Positions 50,605 to 62,734 are shown, counted from the whole stretch's first letter. The stretch is DNA of 63,755 bases, filler included, from Chiloscyllium plagiosum (GCF_004010195.1; 7 parts of one record of this genome joined end to end with filler, not necessarily neighbours in it), one strand, 5' to 3'. The notes: a model not told the origin generated them from the sequence alone. Made by a program: numbers and translations.

Positions 50605-50950
50605 ATAGAACATTACAGTGCAGTTACATGCCCTTGGGCCTTTGATGTTGCGCTGACCTGTGGAACCAATCTGAAGCCCATCTATCCTACACTATTCCAT
50701 TCTCGTCCATATGCCTATCCAATGGCAATTTAAATGCTCTTAAAGTTGGTGAGTCTACTACTATTGCAGGCAGGGCATTCCAAACCCTTACTACCCTCTT
50801 AATAAAGAAACTACCTCTGACATTTCTACCTCCTGCCCAAAATCCACAAACCTGACTGCCCCGGCCGACCCATTGTCTCAGCCTGCTCCTGCCCCACCGA
50901 ACTCATCTCTACATACCTCGACACGGTCCTGTTCCCCTTAGTCCAAGAAC
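50605..50950. mobile_element. CR1 tail (minus, 50605-50825) joined to a young Penelope RT fragment (plus, 50825-50950)
   Basis: [29 protein letters not shown] is the Penelope RT PKIHK..RPIVS motif. Confidence 0.85.
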
Positions 50951-51050
50951 NNNNNNNNNNNNNNNNNNNNNNNNNNNNNNNNNNNNNNNNNNNNTTAATT
51001 AATTAANNNNNNNNNNNNNNNNNNNNNNNNNNNNNNNNNNNNNNNNNNNN

Positions 51051-51800
51051 CCCCGTGCATACACACACACACACATATACAAGTTTGTGGGGTGAATTTG
51101 TACATTTTATTTTGCTTAAATAAAACTGCATGATCCCATGTAGGATTCTGTAAATCCCTTTTTTAGATTAGAATCAGTCTGAACATTGGCTTAAAAAAAA
51201 CTGCATGATCCCATGTAGGATTCTGTAAATCCCTTTTTTAGATTAGAATCAGTCTGAACATTGGGACACAGACAGCCTCACACAGGGCACCTCACACCTT
51301 CAATACATTATCTGGGCCGACATGGCACCTATTGTTAAAGTTCACTTGAGAATGTAATTTTAAGAATGTTCTGTGATTTACATATGACAGAACTGAAACC
51401 ATTCCAAAAGGCGAGAGACTTTAAATAAATAATCCAGGTCTTTTTCAATATCCCATGTCAGTAAACATTTGCTGGAAATTCTGTGTCCTACGATCTTATA
51501 CTCCACAACAATTTGATGAAGGAGCAGCATTCTGAAAGCTAGTGCTTCCAAATAGACCTGTTGGACTATAACTTGGTGTTCTATATATTCAGTGCCTTGT
51601 CTCACATGGCCTTCTGTGACAGAGAATTCCACATTTTCACAGCCCTTTGAGTGAAGAATTCTTTCCTCGTCTATCCTTAATTGTGGAGGTGCTGGACTGG
51701 GGTGAACATGACTCCACCTGACCAAGGGGCAGTGCTCAGAAAGCTTGTGATTTCACATTAACCTGTTGGAGTATAACCTGGTGTCATGTGACTTCTGACC
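51051..51800 (+). mobile_element. Penelope family-C 3' region (51051-51580) and a second short copy (51682-51800), both with degenerate hammerheads
   Basis: tgatgaaggagcagcattctgaaagctagtg and ccacctgaccaaggggcagtgctcagaaagct. Confidence 0.75.
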
Positions 51801-52193
51801 TCATTCTGAAAATGGTCTCCCCTGTTTCCTGGGGCTGTGACCCTGGTTCTAGTCTCCCCAATCCCGGGAAACACCCTCCCAGCATCCAAACTGTCCAGCT
51901 CTGTTAGAGAGTTTAAATCAAACTCCACTGAATACAGCGCCAGTTGAAACATTCCCTCCTCAGTATCAGACTAGTGACCCTCCCTACACTCCCTCTATGG
52001 CAGGTCTGTCCTCTCATAGCTAGGGGGGACCAACCCTGCACACAACCCTCCAGCTGTGCTCTCCCCAAGGCCCTGTATAACTGCAGCAAGACATCCCGAC
52101 CTCTGAACTCAGATTCTCTTGCACTGAAGGCCAATATTCAACTTCCCTTCCTAATTAAATAAATGCAAATTACTGCGGATGCTGGAATCTGAA

Positions 52194-52343
52194 ACCAAAA
52201 GAGAAAATGCTGGAAAATCTCAGCAGGTCTGGCAGCATCTGTAAGGAGAGAAAAGGGTCAGTTAGACTCGAAATGTCAGCTCTTTTCTCTCCTTACAGAT
52301 GCTGCCAGACCTGCTGAGATTTTCCAGCATTTTCTCTTTTGGT
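52194..52343. repeat. Perfect 62-bp inverted repeat with a 26-nt spacer, made of Penelope terminal-repeat sequence
   Basis: 52194-52255 is the exact reverse complement of 52282-52343. Confidence 0.92.
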
Positions 52344-52574
52344 GACCTTTCTCATTGCTTGGCTGTGCCTAACTGTGCATGAGGATCCCTACATACTTTT
52401 GTGCTGCAGCTTTCTGCAGTTGTTTCCCCACTTAAGGAATATTGAGCTCCTCTATTCTTCCTGCCAAAATATGTAACCTCATATTTTCTAAGATTACATT
52501 TCATCTGCTGCGATTTAGTCCCTTGACTCCCTCTGCAGACTCTTTATGTCATCTTTACCACTGTCATCCTTACT

Positions 52575-55500
52575 ACTGACCTGTGAAAATAATCTGATGT
52601 TCATCTAACCTACACCGTTCCATTATTATCCATATAACACTGCTGCCTCACAGCGCCAGGGACCCAGGTTCGATTCCAGCCTTGGGCAACTGTCTGTGTG
52701 GAGTTTGCACATTCTTCCCCAGTCTGTGCGGGTTTCCTCCGGGTGCTCTGGTTTCCGCCCGCAGGCCAGGTTGAACTAACCATGCTAAATTGCCCATAGT
52801 GTGAGGTGCATTAGTCAGGGGAAATATAGGAAAGGGGAATGGGTCTGGGTGGATTACTCTTTGGAGGGTCACTGTGGACTTGTTGGACCAAATAGCCTGT
52901 TGCCATACTATAGGGATTCTAATCTAAATGCCCTTAATGTCGGTGCATCTGCTACTGTTGCAGGAAGGCTGTTCCATGCCTCTTCTACTCTCAGTGAAGA
53001 AACTACACTTAATACCTGTCCTAAATCTATCACCCCTCAATTTAAAGCTATGCCCCCTCATGTTAGCCATCACCATCTGAGGAAAAAGGCTCTCACTGTC
53101 TACCCGATCTAACCCTGTGATTATCTTACACATCTCAACCTTCTCTCCAACGCAAACAGCCTCAAGTCCCTCAGCCTTTCCTCGTAAGACCTTCCCTCCA
53201 TACCAGGCAAAATCCTAGTAAATCTTCTCTGAACCCTTTCCAAAGCTTCCATGTCCTTCCTATTATGCAGTGACCAGAACTGTACACAATACTCCAGGTG
53301 CGGCCGCACCAGTGTCTTGTACAGCTGAAGCGTGACCTCGTGGTTCTGAAACTCAATCCCTCTACCAATAAACGCCAACACACCATATGCCTTCTTAACA
53401 ATCCTATCATCTTGTTGTGGGCCCTATTGTGGGCGGCACAGTGGCACAGTGGTTAGCACTGCTGCCTCACAGCGCCAGACACCCGGGTTCAATTCCCGCT
53501 TCAGGTGATTGTCTGTGTGGAGTTTGCACATTCTCCCCGTGTCTGCGTGGGTTTCCTCCGGGTGCTCCGGTTTCCTCCCACAATCCAAAAAAAAATGTGC
53601 AAGTCAGGTGAATTGGCCGTGCTAAATTGCCCGTAGTGTTAGGTGAAGGGGTAAATGTAGGGGTATGAGGTCTGGGTGGGTTACGCTTCGGCAGGTTGGT
53701 GTGGACTTGTTGGGCCAAAGGGCCTGTTTCCACACTGTAAGTAATCTGATCAACCTGACTGGCAAATTTCAGGGATTTATACACTTGGACACTAAGATCT
53801 CTCTGTTTATCTACACTGCCAAAGAATTTACCATTAACCCAGTACTCTACATTTCTGTTACTTCTTCCGAAGTGAACTACCTCACACTTTTCCACATTAA
53901 ACTCCATTTACCACTTCTCTGCCCAGCTCTGCATCTTATCTACGTCCCTCTGTAACCCACAACATCCTTTGGCACTATCCACAACTCCACCGACTTTAGT
54001 GTCATCCGCAAAGTTACTAACACAACCTTCTACATCGACATCCAGATCATTTATAAAAAGGACAAACAGCAGTGGCCCCAAAACAGATTCTTGCGGTACA
54101 CCGCTGGTAACTGAGCTCCAGGATGAACATTTCCCATCAACCACCACCCTCTGTCTTCTTTCAGCTCGTCAATTTCTGATCCAAACCACGAAATCATGTT
54201 CAATCTCATGCCCTTGTGCAATAGCCTACCATGGGGAACCTTATCAAACACCTTACTGAAATCCATGTACACCACATCAACCGCTTCACCCTCATCCACC
54301 TGTTTTGTCACCTTCTTGAAGAATTCAATAAGGTTTGTGAGGCATGACCTACCCTTCACAAAACCGTGTTGATTATCCGTAATCACATTATTCCTTTCTA
54401 GATGGTTATAAATCGTATCTCTTATAACTTTTCCCAACTCTTCACCCACAACCGAAGTAAAGCTCCCTGATCTATAGTTACCGGGGTTGTCTCTACTCCC
54501 CTCCTTGAACAAGGGAACCACATTTGCTATCCTCCAGTCTCCTGGCACTATTCCTGTAGACAATGACGACATAAAGATCAAAGCCAAAGGATCGGCAACC
54601 TCATCCCTGGCTTCCCAGAGAATCTGAGGACAAATCCCATCCGACCCAGAGGACTTACCTATTTTCATATCTTTCAGAATTGCTAAAACCTCCTCTTTGT
54701 CAATCCCATCTAACCTTGTAGCCTGTATCTCCTTGCTAACATTGCTAACATTGCTCTTTTCCAATGTGAGTACTGATGAGAAGTATTCATTAAGGGCTTC
54801 CCTTATGGCCTCAGATTCCACACACAACTTTCCACCACTATCTTTGATTAGCTCTAATCTTACTCTAGTCATTCTTTTATTGCTGATATACCTGTGGAAG
54901 GACTTATGGTTTTCCTTGATCCTATCTGCCAACAACTTCTCGTGTCCCCTCCTGGCTCTTCTTAGCCCTCTCTTTTGATCTTTTCTGGCTAATTAATAAC
55001 TCTCAAGCCCCCCATCTGAGCCTTCATGCTCATCCACGACATAAAGATCAAAGCCAAAGGCTCTGCAACCTCATCCCTGGCTTCACAGAGAATCTGAGGA
55101 CAAATCCCATCCGACCCAGAGGTCTTATCTATTTTCATATCTTTCAGAATTGCTAAAACCTCCTCTTTGTCAATCCCATCTAACCTTGTCGCCTGTATCT
55201 CCTTGCTAACATTGCTAACATTGCTCTTTTCCAATGTGGATACTGATGAGAAGTATTCATTAAGGGCTTCCCTTATGGCCTCAGATTCCACACACAACTT
55301 TCCACCACTATCTTTGATTAGCCCTAATCTTACTCTAGTCATTCTTTTATTGCTGATATACCTGTGGAAGGACTTATGGTTTTCCTTGATCCTATCTGCC
55401 AACAACTTCTCGTGTCCCCTCCTGGCTTTTCTTAGCCCTCTCTTTTGATCTTTTCTGGCTAATTTATAACTCTCAAGCCCCCCATCTGAGCCTTCATGCT

Positions 55501-56000
55501 CATCCTCACATAAGCCTTCTTTTTCATCTAGAGAAAACCTTCAACTTCTTTAGTAAACCACAGCTCCCTCTCTCGACAGCTACCTTCCTGCCTGACAGGT
55601 ACATACTTATCAAGGACCCACAGTAGCTGTTCCTTGAATCAAGTGTGTCCATCCCCTGCAGTTTCCTTCCCCAGCCTATGCATCCTAAATCTTGCTGAAT
55701 CGCATCATAATTGCCTTTCCCTCAGTTATACCTCTATCACTGCAGTATATACCTATCCCTGCCCATGCTAAAGTAAACATAACTGAATTGTGGTCACTAT
55801 CACCAAAGTGCTCAACTGCCTCCAAATCTAACACCTGGCCGGGTTCATTCCCCAGTACCAAATCCAATGGCCTGTCTACATACTGGGTCAGGAAACCCTC
55901 CTGCACACATTGGACACAAACTGACCCATCTAAAGTACTCAAACTATTCCCAGTCAATATTGGAGAAGTTAAAGTCTCCCACAACAACGATCCTGTTACT
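52575..56000 (-). mobile_element. Long CR1 ORF2 copy with two nested HE1 SINEs (52638-52926 +, 53431-53751 +) and a 470-bp internal tandem duplication
   Basis: ORFs 53121..53381, 53908..54147 (NFADD), 54051..54935 (294 aa), 54989..55405 and 55685..55987. Confidence 0.95.
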
Positions 56001-56859
56001 CAAAGTTTGTGAGAAGATTTGTAGCTCGGGTGCCCGTTGTTGTGGTTCAGTTCGCCGAGCTGGGAATTTGTGTTGCAGACGTTACGTCCCCTGTCTAGGT
56101 GACATCCTCAGTGCTTGGGAGCCTCCTGTGAAGCGCTTCTGTGATGTTTCCTCAGGCATTTATAGTGGTTTGTATCTGCTGCTTCCGGTTGTCAGTTCCA
56201 GCTGTCCACTGCAGTGGCAGGTGTATTGGGTCCAGGTCGATGTGTTTATTGATAGAATCTGTGGATGAGTGCCATGGCTGTAGGAATTCCCTGGCTGTTC
56301 TCTGTTTGGCTTGTCCTATAATAGTAGTGTTGTCTCAGTCGAACTCATGTTGCTTGTCAACTGCGTGTGTGGCTACTAAGGATAGCTGGTCGTGTCGTTT
56401 TGTGGCTAGTTGGTGTTCATGGATGTGGATCGTTAGCTGTCTTCCTGTTTGTCCTATATAGTGTTTTGTGCAGTCCTTGCATGGTATTTTGTACACTACA
56501 TTAGTTTTGCTCATGCTGGGTATCGGGTCCTTCATTCTGGTGAGTTGTTGTCTGAGAGTGGCTGTTGGTTTGTGTGCTGTTATAAGTCCTAGTGGTCGCA
56601 GTAGTCTGGCTGTCATTTCAGAAATGTTCTTGAAGTATGGTAGTGTGGCTAGTCCTTTTGGTTGTGGCATGTTCTCGTTCCGTTGTCTTTCCCTTAGGCA
56701 TCTGTTGATGAAATTGTGCGGGTATCCGTTTTTGGGGAATACATTGTAGAGGTGTTCTTCTTCCTGTTTTTGCAGTTCTGGTGTACTGCAGTGTGTTGTG
56801 GCCCTTTTGAATAGTGTCTTGATGCAACTTCGTTTGTGTGTGTTGGGGTGGTTGCTTTC
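56000..56859 (-). mobile_element. Young Penelope (Poseidon-like) 3' end: GIY-YIG endonuclease plus terminal repeat with a hammerhead (56075-56114)
   Basis: ORF 56335..56670 NVVYKIPCKDCTKHYIGQTGRQL..EH; minus strand GCA-CTGAGGA-T-GTCACCT-AGAC-AGGGGAC-GTAAC-GTC-TGC. Confidence 0.92.
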
Positions 56860-57359
56860 NNNNNNNNNNNNNNNNNNNNNNNNNNNNNNNNNNNNNNNNN
56901 NNNTTAATTAATTAANNNNNNNNNNNNNNNNNNNNNNNNNNNNNNNNNNNNNNNNNNNNCCCCCCTCACCCAACCTTCCCCATGTACCCCCCCCCACCCC
57001 TTCGAGGTGAGGGCAGTTGAATGTTCCTCCTGCAGAATGTGGACAGCAAAACATGACAGGGGCACGATGCTGTGGTCAGGAAGCACAAAGCTTCGAGCTT
57101 GCGCTCAGGCTAAAGGAGTTTGACTCAGTTGTTTCACTCTTCAAATAGGAACAGGAGGGTGTTTCAGCAGCTTCCTCCATGACGATAGGATTCACTCTGC
57201 TCACCCTCGATGTCCATCACATGGCACGAGGTGCAGCTGAAGATGAACAAACAGCTCAGAAACAAACTTAATGGGAAGGGGCTTCAGGAGACGAGCACAT
57301 TAGTGACGTTCCTCACCGATCACCCGAACAATCATGGATTGGGGAACCCATTGGCTACA

Positions 57360-59878
57360 AGACCAGGAGACTCCGGGATTGGAACAATGGGAATGACCAG
57401 GAGACTCGGGACTGGGACAACGGGAATGACCAGGAAACACCGCGACTGGGACAACGGGAATGACCAGGAGACTCCGGGACTGGAACAATGGGAATGACCA
57501 GGAAACACCACGACTGGGACAACGGGAATGACCAGGAGACTCCGGGACTGGGACAGCGGGAATGACCAGGAAACAACGGGAATGATCAGGAAACACAGTG
57601 ACTGGGACAACGGGAATGACCACGAAACACCGGGACTGGGACAACGTGAATGACCAGAAAACTCCGGGACTGGGACAATGGGAATGATCAGGAAACAACG
57701 GGAATGACTAGGAAACTCCGGGTCTGGGACAACGGGAATGACCAGGAAACTCCGCGACTGGGACAACGGGACAGTGACTGGGACAACGGGAATGACCACG
57801 AAACACCGGGACTGGGACAACGTGAATGACCAGAAAACTCCGGGACTGGGACAATGGGAATGATCAGGAAACAACGGGAATGACTAGGAAACTCCGGGTC
57901 TGGGACAACGGGAATGACCAGGAAACAACGGGAATGATCAGGAAACACAGTGACTGGGACAACGGGAATGACCACGAAACACCGGGACTGGGACAACGTG
58001 AATGACCAGAAAACTCCGGGACTGGGACAATGGGAATGATCAGGAAACAACGGGAATGACTAGGAAACTCCGGGTCTGGGACAACGGGAATGACCAGGAA
58101 ACAACGGGAATGATCAGGAAACACAGTGACTGGGACAACGGGAATGACCACGAAACACCGGGACTGGGACAACGTGAATGACCAGAAAACTCCGGGACTG
58201 GGACAATGGGAATGATCAGGAAACAACGGGAATGACTAGGAAACTCCGGGTCTGGGACAACGGGAATGACCAGGAAACAACGGGAATGATCAGGAAACAC
58301 AGTGACTGGGACAACGGGAATGACCACGAAACACCGGGACTGGGACAACGTGAATGACCAGAAAACTCCGGGACTGGGACAATGGGAATGATCAGGAAAC
58401 AACGGGAATGACTAGGAAACTCCGGGTCTGGGACAACGGGAATGACCAGGAAACAACGGGAATGATCAGGAAACACAGTGACTGGGACAACGGGAATGAC
58501 CACGAAACACCGGGACTGGGACAACGTGAATGACCAGAAAACTCCGGGACTGGGACAATGGGAATGATCAGGAAACAACGGGAATGACTAGGAAACTCCG
58601 GGTCTGGGACAACGGGAATGACCAGGAAACAACGGGAATGATCAGGAAACACAGTGACTGGGACAACGGGAATGACCACGAAACACCGGGACTGGGACAA
58701 CGTGAATGACCAGAAAACTCCGGGACTGGGACAATGGGAATGATCAGGAAACAACGGGAATGACTAGGAAACTCCGGGTCTGGGACAACGGGAATGACCA
58801 GGAAACAACGGGAATGATCAGGAAACACAGTGACTGGGACAACGGGAATGACCACGAAACACCGGGACTGGGACAACGTGAATGACCAGAAAACTCCGGG
58901 ACTGGGACAATGGGAATGATCAGGAAACAACGGGAATGACTAGGAAACTCCGGGTCTGGGACAACGGGAATGACCAGGAAACAACGGGAATGATCAGGAA
59001 ACACAGTGACTGGGACAACGGGAATGACCACGAAACACCGGGACTGGGACAACGTGAATGACCAGAAAACTCCGGGACTGGGACAATGGGAATGATCAGG
59101 AAACAACGGGAATGACTAGGAAACTCCGGGTCTGGGACAACGGGAATGACCAGGAAACAACGGGAATGATCAGGAAACACAGTGACTGGGACAACGGGAA
59201 TGACCACGAAACACCGGGACTGGGACAACGTGAATGACCAGAAAACTCCGGGACTGGGACAATGGGAATGATCAGGAAACAACGGGAATGACTAGGAAAC
59301 TCCGGGTCTGGGACAACGGGAATGACCAGGAAACAACGGGAATGATCAGGAAACACAGTGACTGGGACAACGGGAATGACCACGAAACACCGGGACTGGG
59401 ACAACGTGAATGACCAGAAAACTCCGGGACTGGGACAATGGGAATGATCAGGAAACAACGGGAATGACTAGGAAACTCCGGGTCTGGGACAACGGGAATG
59501 ACCAGGAAACTCCGCGACTGGGACAACGGGAATGACCAGGAAACTCCGGGACTGGGAAAACGGGAATGATCAGGAAACAGCGCGACTGGGACAACGGGAA
59601 TGATCAGGAAACAACGGGAATGACCAGGAAACACAGTGACTGGGACAACGGGAATGATCAGGAAACACAGTGACTGAAAAACGGGAATGACCAGGAATCT
59701 CCAGGCCTGGGACAATGGGAATGATCAGGAAACACAGTGACTGGGACAATGGGAATGACCAGGAAACTCCGGGACTGGGACAATGGGAATGACCAGGAAA
59801 CACAGTGACTGGGACAATGGGAATGATCAGGAAAAATGACTGGGACAACGGGAATGATCAGGAAAAATGACTGGGAAT
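57360..59878 (+). repeat. Tandem satellite of 34-bp and 20-bp monomers organised as a 176-bp higher-order repeat
   Basis: Monomer TGACCAGGAAACTCCGGGACTGGGACAACGGGAA; the unit is 34+34+20+34+20+34; identical ORFs recur every 176 nt. Confidence 0.97.
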
Positions 59879-60303
59879 GATGAGGAATAAAAGGGTGATG
59901 AGGGTAGGAATAGGGCCAGTCAAAGACAGAAGTGGGAGGTTGAGTGTGGACCCTGCGGAGATCGGAGAGGTGCTAAACGAATATTTCTCATCAGTGTTTA
60001 CTCAGGAAAAGGAGAATATTGTGGAGGAGAAGAATGAGTTACGAGATATTAGACGAGAAAGGATCGAGGTTAGTTATGAACAGTTTTTTTTTAGATTAGA
60101 TTACTAACAGTGTGGAAACAGGCCCTTCAGCCCAACAAGTCCACACTGACCCGCTGAAGCGCAACCCACCCATACCCCTACATTTACCCCCTTACCTAAC
60201 ACTACGGGCAATTTAGTATGGCCAATTCACCTAACCTGCACATCTTTGGACTGTGGGAGGAAACCGGAGCACCCGGAGGAAACCCACGCAGACACGGGGA
60301 GAA
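59879..60303. mobile_element. CR1 ORF2 fragment (plus, 59879-60085) and HE1 SINE (minus, 60092-60303)
   Basis: ORF 59877..60107 GEVLNEYFSSVFT; HE1 tail and V domain. Confidence 0.88.
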
Positions 60304-60403
60304 NNNNNNNNNNNNNNNNNNNNNNNNNNNNNNNNNNNNNNNNNNNNTTAATTAATTAANNNNNNNNNNNNNNNNNNNNNNNNNNNNNNNNNNNNNNNNN
60401 NNN

Positions 60404-60693
60404 CTTGTCTCAGTCCCAACCCTCGAACTCAGTACCACCTTCCTAACCTGCAATCTTCTTCCTGACCTCTCCGCCCCCATCCCCACTCCGGCCTATCACC
60501 CTCACCTTAACCTCCTTCCACCTATCGCATTTCCAACGCCCCTCCCCCAAGTCCCTCCTCCCTATCTTTTATCTTACCCCTGCTTGGCACACTTTCCTCA
60601 TTCCTGAAGAAGGGCTCATGCCCGAAACGTCGATTCTCCTGCTCGTTGGATGCTGCCTGACCTGCTGCGCTTTTCCAGCAACAGATTTTCAGC
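60404..60693 (+). mobile_element. Penelope family-B terminal region with an intact hammerhead core (60600-60635)
   Basis: ATTC-CTGAAGA-A-GGGC-TCAT-GCCC-GAAAC-GTC-GATT. Confidence 0.82.
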
Positions 60694-61143
60694 TTTCATC
60701 CCATCAAGTCTGCTCCACCATTCAGCGAGATCTTGGCCGATGTGATCACCTCAAATCCTCTTTCCTGCTTTTTCCCCATCACCCCAAATTCCCTTCCTGA
60801 TTAAAAACCGCACCATCTCTGCCTTGATGATAACAATGACGCAGCCTCGATCACTCTGTGATGATGCATTCCATAGATTCACTTCTCTCTGAGAAGAAAT
60901 GCCTCCTCAGCTCTGTCTTCAATGGGCGACCTAACATTCTGAGTTGATGCCCTCTGGCCCTAAATTCTTCACAAGTGGAATCAACCTCTCTGCATCCACC
61001 CTGCCAAACCCTCAAAGAATCTGTTGAGCCTCAGAAAGCAGTTATAGTGTAATGCAGCATACAAACTGTGATGAGCCCGTAAAATACGGTATATGGGAAG
61101 TATTTGCAGGGATCTGTTCTGTGGCCTCTGCTCTTTGTGACTT

Positions 61144-62230
61144 TCATAAATGAGAACAAACAAAGAACACACAAAGAAAATTTACAGCCCAGGAACAGGC
61201 CTTTCGGCCCACCAAACCTGAGCCAATCCATATCCACTGTCTAATCCTATCGCCCAATTTCTAAGCATCTGTATCCCTCTGTTCCCCACCTACTAATGCA
61301 TCTGCCCAGAAGCATCTTAATTGAATCTACCGTGCCTGCCTCTGCTGGCAATGTGTTCCAGGCAACTACCACCCTCTGTGTAAAGTACTTTCCACATGTA
61401 TTCTCCTTAAACTTTTCACCTCTCACCTTGAACGTGTGACCTCTCATTATTGAATTCCTCACCCTGGGAAAAAGCTTATTTCTATCCACCCTGTCTATAC
61501 CCTTCATGATTTTGTAGACCTCAATCACGTCCCCCCTCAACCTCCAAATTTTGTAATGAAAACAATCCTAACCAAATCAACCTCTCTTCATAGCTAGCAC
61601 CTTGCATACCAGGCAACAACCTCAGTAACCTTCTCTGCACCCTCTCCAAAGTGTCTATATCCTTTTGGTAATGTGGCAACTAGGACTGTACACAGTATTT
61701 AAATGCGGCCAAACCAAAGTCTTGGACAATTTTAACATGACCTGCCAACTCTTATACTCAATACCCCGTCCGATGAAGGCTAGCATACCATATGCCTTCT
61801 TGACCACTCTATCTACCTGCGCAGGGTACAATGGACCTGAACTCCCAGATCCTTCTGCTCATCAACTTTTCCTAAGGCTCTTCCTTTACAGTATAGTTCG
61901 CTCTAGAATTAGACTTCCCAAAATGCATCATCTCACATTTGCGTGGATTGAACTCCATCTGCCACTTCTCCGCCCAACTCTCCAGTCTATCTATATTCTC
62001 CTATATTCTTTGACAGTCTGCTACTTTCTGCTACTCCACCAATCTTCGTATCATCTGCAAACTTACTGATCAGACCAACAATGCCCTTTTCCAGATCATT
62101 TATGTATATTACAAACAATAGTGGCCCCAGCACTGATCCCTGTGGAACACCACTGCTCACCTTTCTCCATTTCGAGAAACTCCCATCAACTACTACTCTC
62201 TGTCTCCTGTTGCTCAACCAGTTCTTTATC
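61144..62230 (-). mobile_element. CR1 RT and 3' end
   Basis: ORFs 61247..61540 and 61987..62217 (SKFADDTK). Confidence 0.92.
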
Positions 62231-62734
62231 TATTACCTAATACTAATTAACTGTTCAATAGAGTGGGCTTTTGCCCGAAACATCGATTTTCCTGCTTCTC
62301 GGATACTGCCTGACCTGTTGTGCTTTTCCAGCACCACTCTAATCTAGATTCATATAAACACAGCCCTTGGCAAAAAGGCAAATTCAGACACAGATTCTCA
62401 CAGGCAGTTCTCCAATCCAGGAGGGAAAATATAGCAAGAGAAATTTCAATGATTAGCAGCTGAGAGACATTCACTGAAGCATCTAACTCATCTGAGATTT
62501 CAAAAAGCATCTGACGCTATTCGGGAGAAAAAAAAACAAATTCCAGAAATTGTGATCTGTGAGCTGGCCAAACACATTCAATCTGTTTCTTAAATAAAAA
62601 CCTAAGGCCTCACCAGTAGTTTACTGCAGTGGTTCTGGTAGACTGCTTGGCGCCTCTGCCTTACAACCTCTCTTCAAAATAAATCCAGGACAAAACAATC
62701 TTTTAAAGTGACAGCATCATCAGATATTGCAAAG

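Noticed and set aside
57300..59848. Series of identical 120-aa ORFs (MFPDHSHCPSPG...) as a tandem gene family
   Set aside because: They are translations of the 176-bp satellite; 176 is not a multiple of 3 and there is no gene structure.
57360..59878. CRISPR-like array
   Set aside because: No unique spacers, no cas genes, vertebrate context. The same applies to 10309-11143.
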